Positions 63,905 to 64,000 of a stretch of DNA of 64,000 nt are shown here, in pieces; position 1 is the stretch's first letter; every line of letters begins with the position of its first letter. The DNA comes from an uncultured Nitrososphaeraceae archaeon (lineage in GTDB: Archaea; Thermoproteota; Nitrososphaeria; Nitrososphaerales; Nitrososphaeraceae). Both the position numbers and the translations under genes were made by a program. Under the pieces are notes generated by a model. The model ran no database searches. It had not been told where the DNA came from and saw nothing but the letters and a program-made list of their open reading frames with translations. The stretch covers positions 64,001 through 128,000 of the forward strand of contig CAVZZA010000004.1 of NCBI GenBank assembly GCA_963779615.1. Reading direction: 5' to 3'.

Positions 63905-64000
63905 GAACCTTTTGAATTATATTTACTTTCTAAATTAATTACATTAAGGGGCGAAAGCCGTTTATTACTAATTATTCAATCATTGTAAAAGGTTTTTTGT

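Overview
Archaeal chromosome segment from an ammonia-oxidising archaeon (Nitrososphaeraceae). The AT-richness, TTG starts and gene families look most like Ca. Nitrosocosmicus; this is an inference, and no marker gene is present. Positions 1-22,980 are conserved core: ilvA (partial), an intron-containing tRNA-Phe, frameshifted pduO, a TIGR00300 enzyme, aspS-gatCAB, trxA, alaS, purP, tatA, tmk-HD-pyrH, a class V PLP enzyme and tRNA-Ser(GCT). From tRNA-Ser onward the window is accessory and heavily decayed. It holds an integrase-like remnant whose frame runs through the tRNA 3' end, and a diverged second copy of that tRNA-end/integrase junction about 24.6 kb downstream. It also holds a GC-richer block of pseudogenes, about ten further gene remnants not in the ORF track, secreted beta-propeller and putative metal-binding proteins, a Rieske-FNR fusion, Cache histidine kinases and receivers, ALS, PPK2 and a TrxR-like flavoprotein. 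No CRISPR array, rRNA or amo genes were seen. All family calls are from motif recognition by eye; no searches were run.
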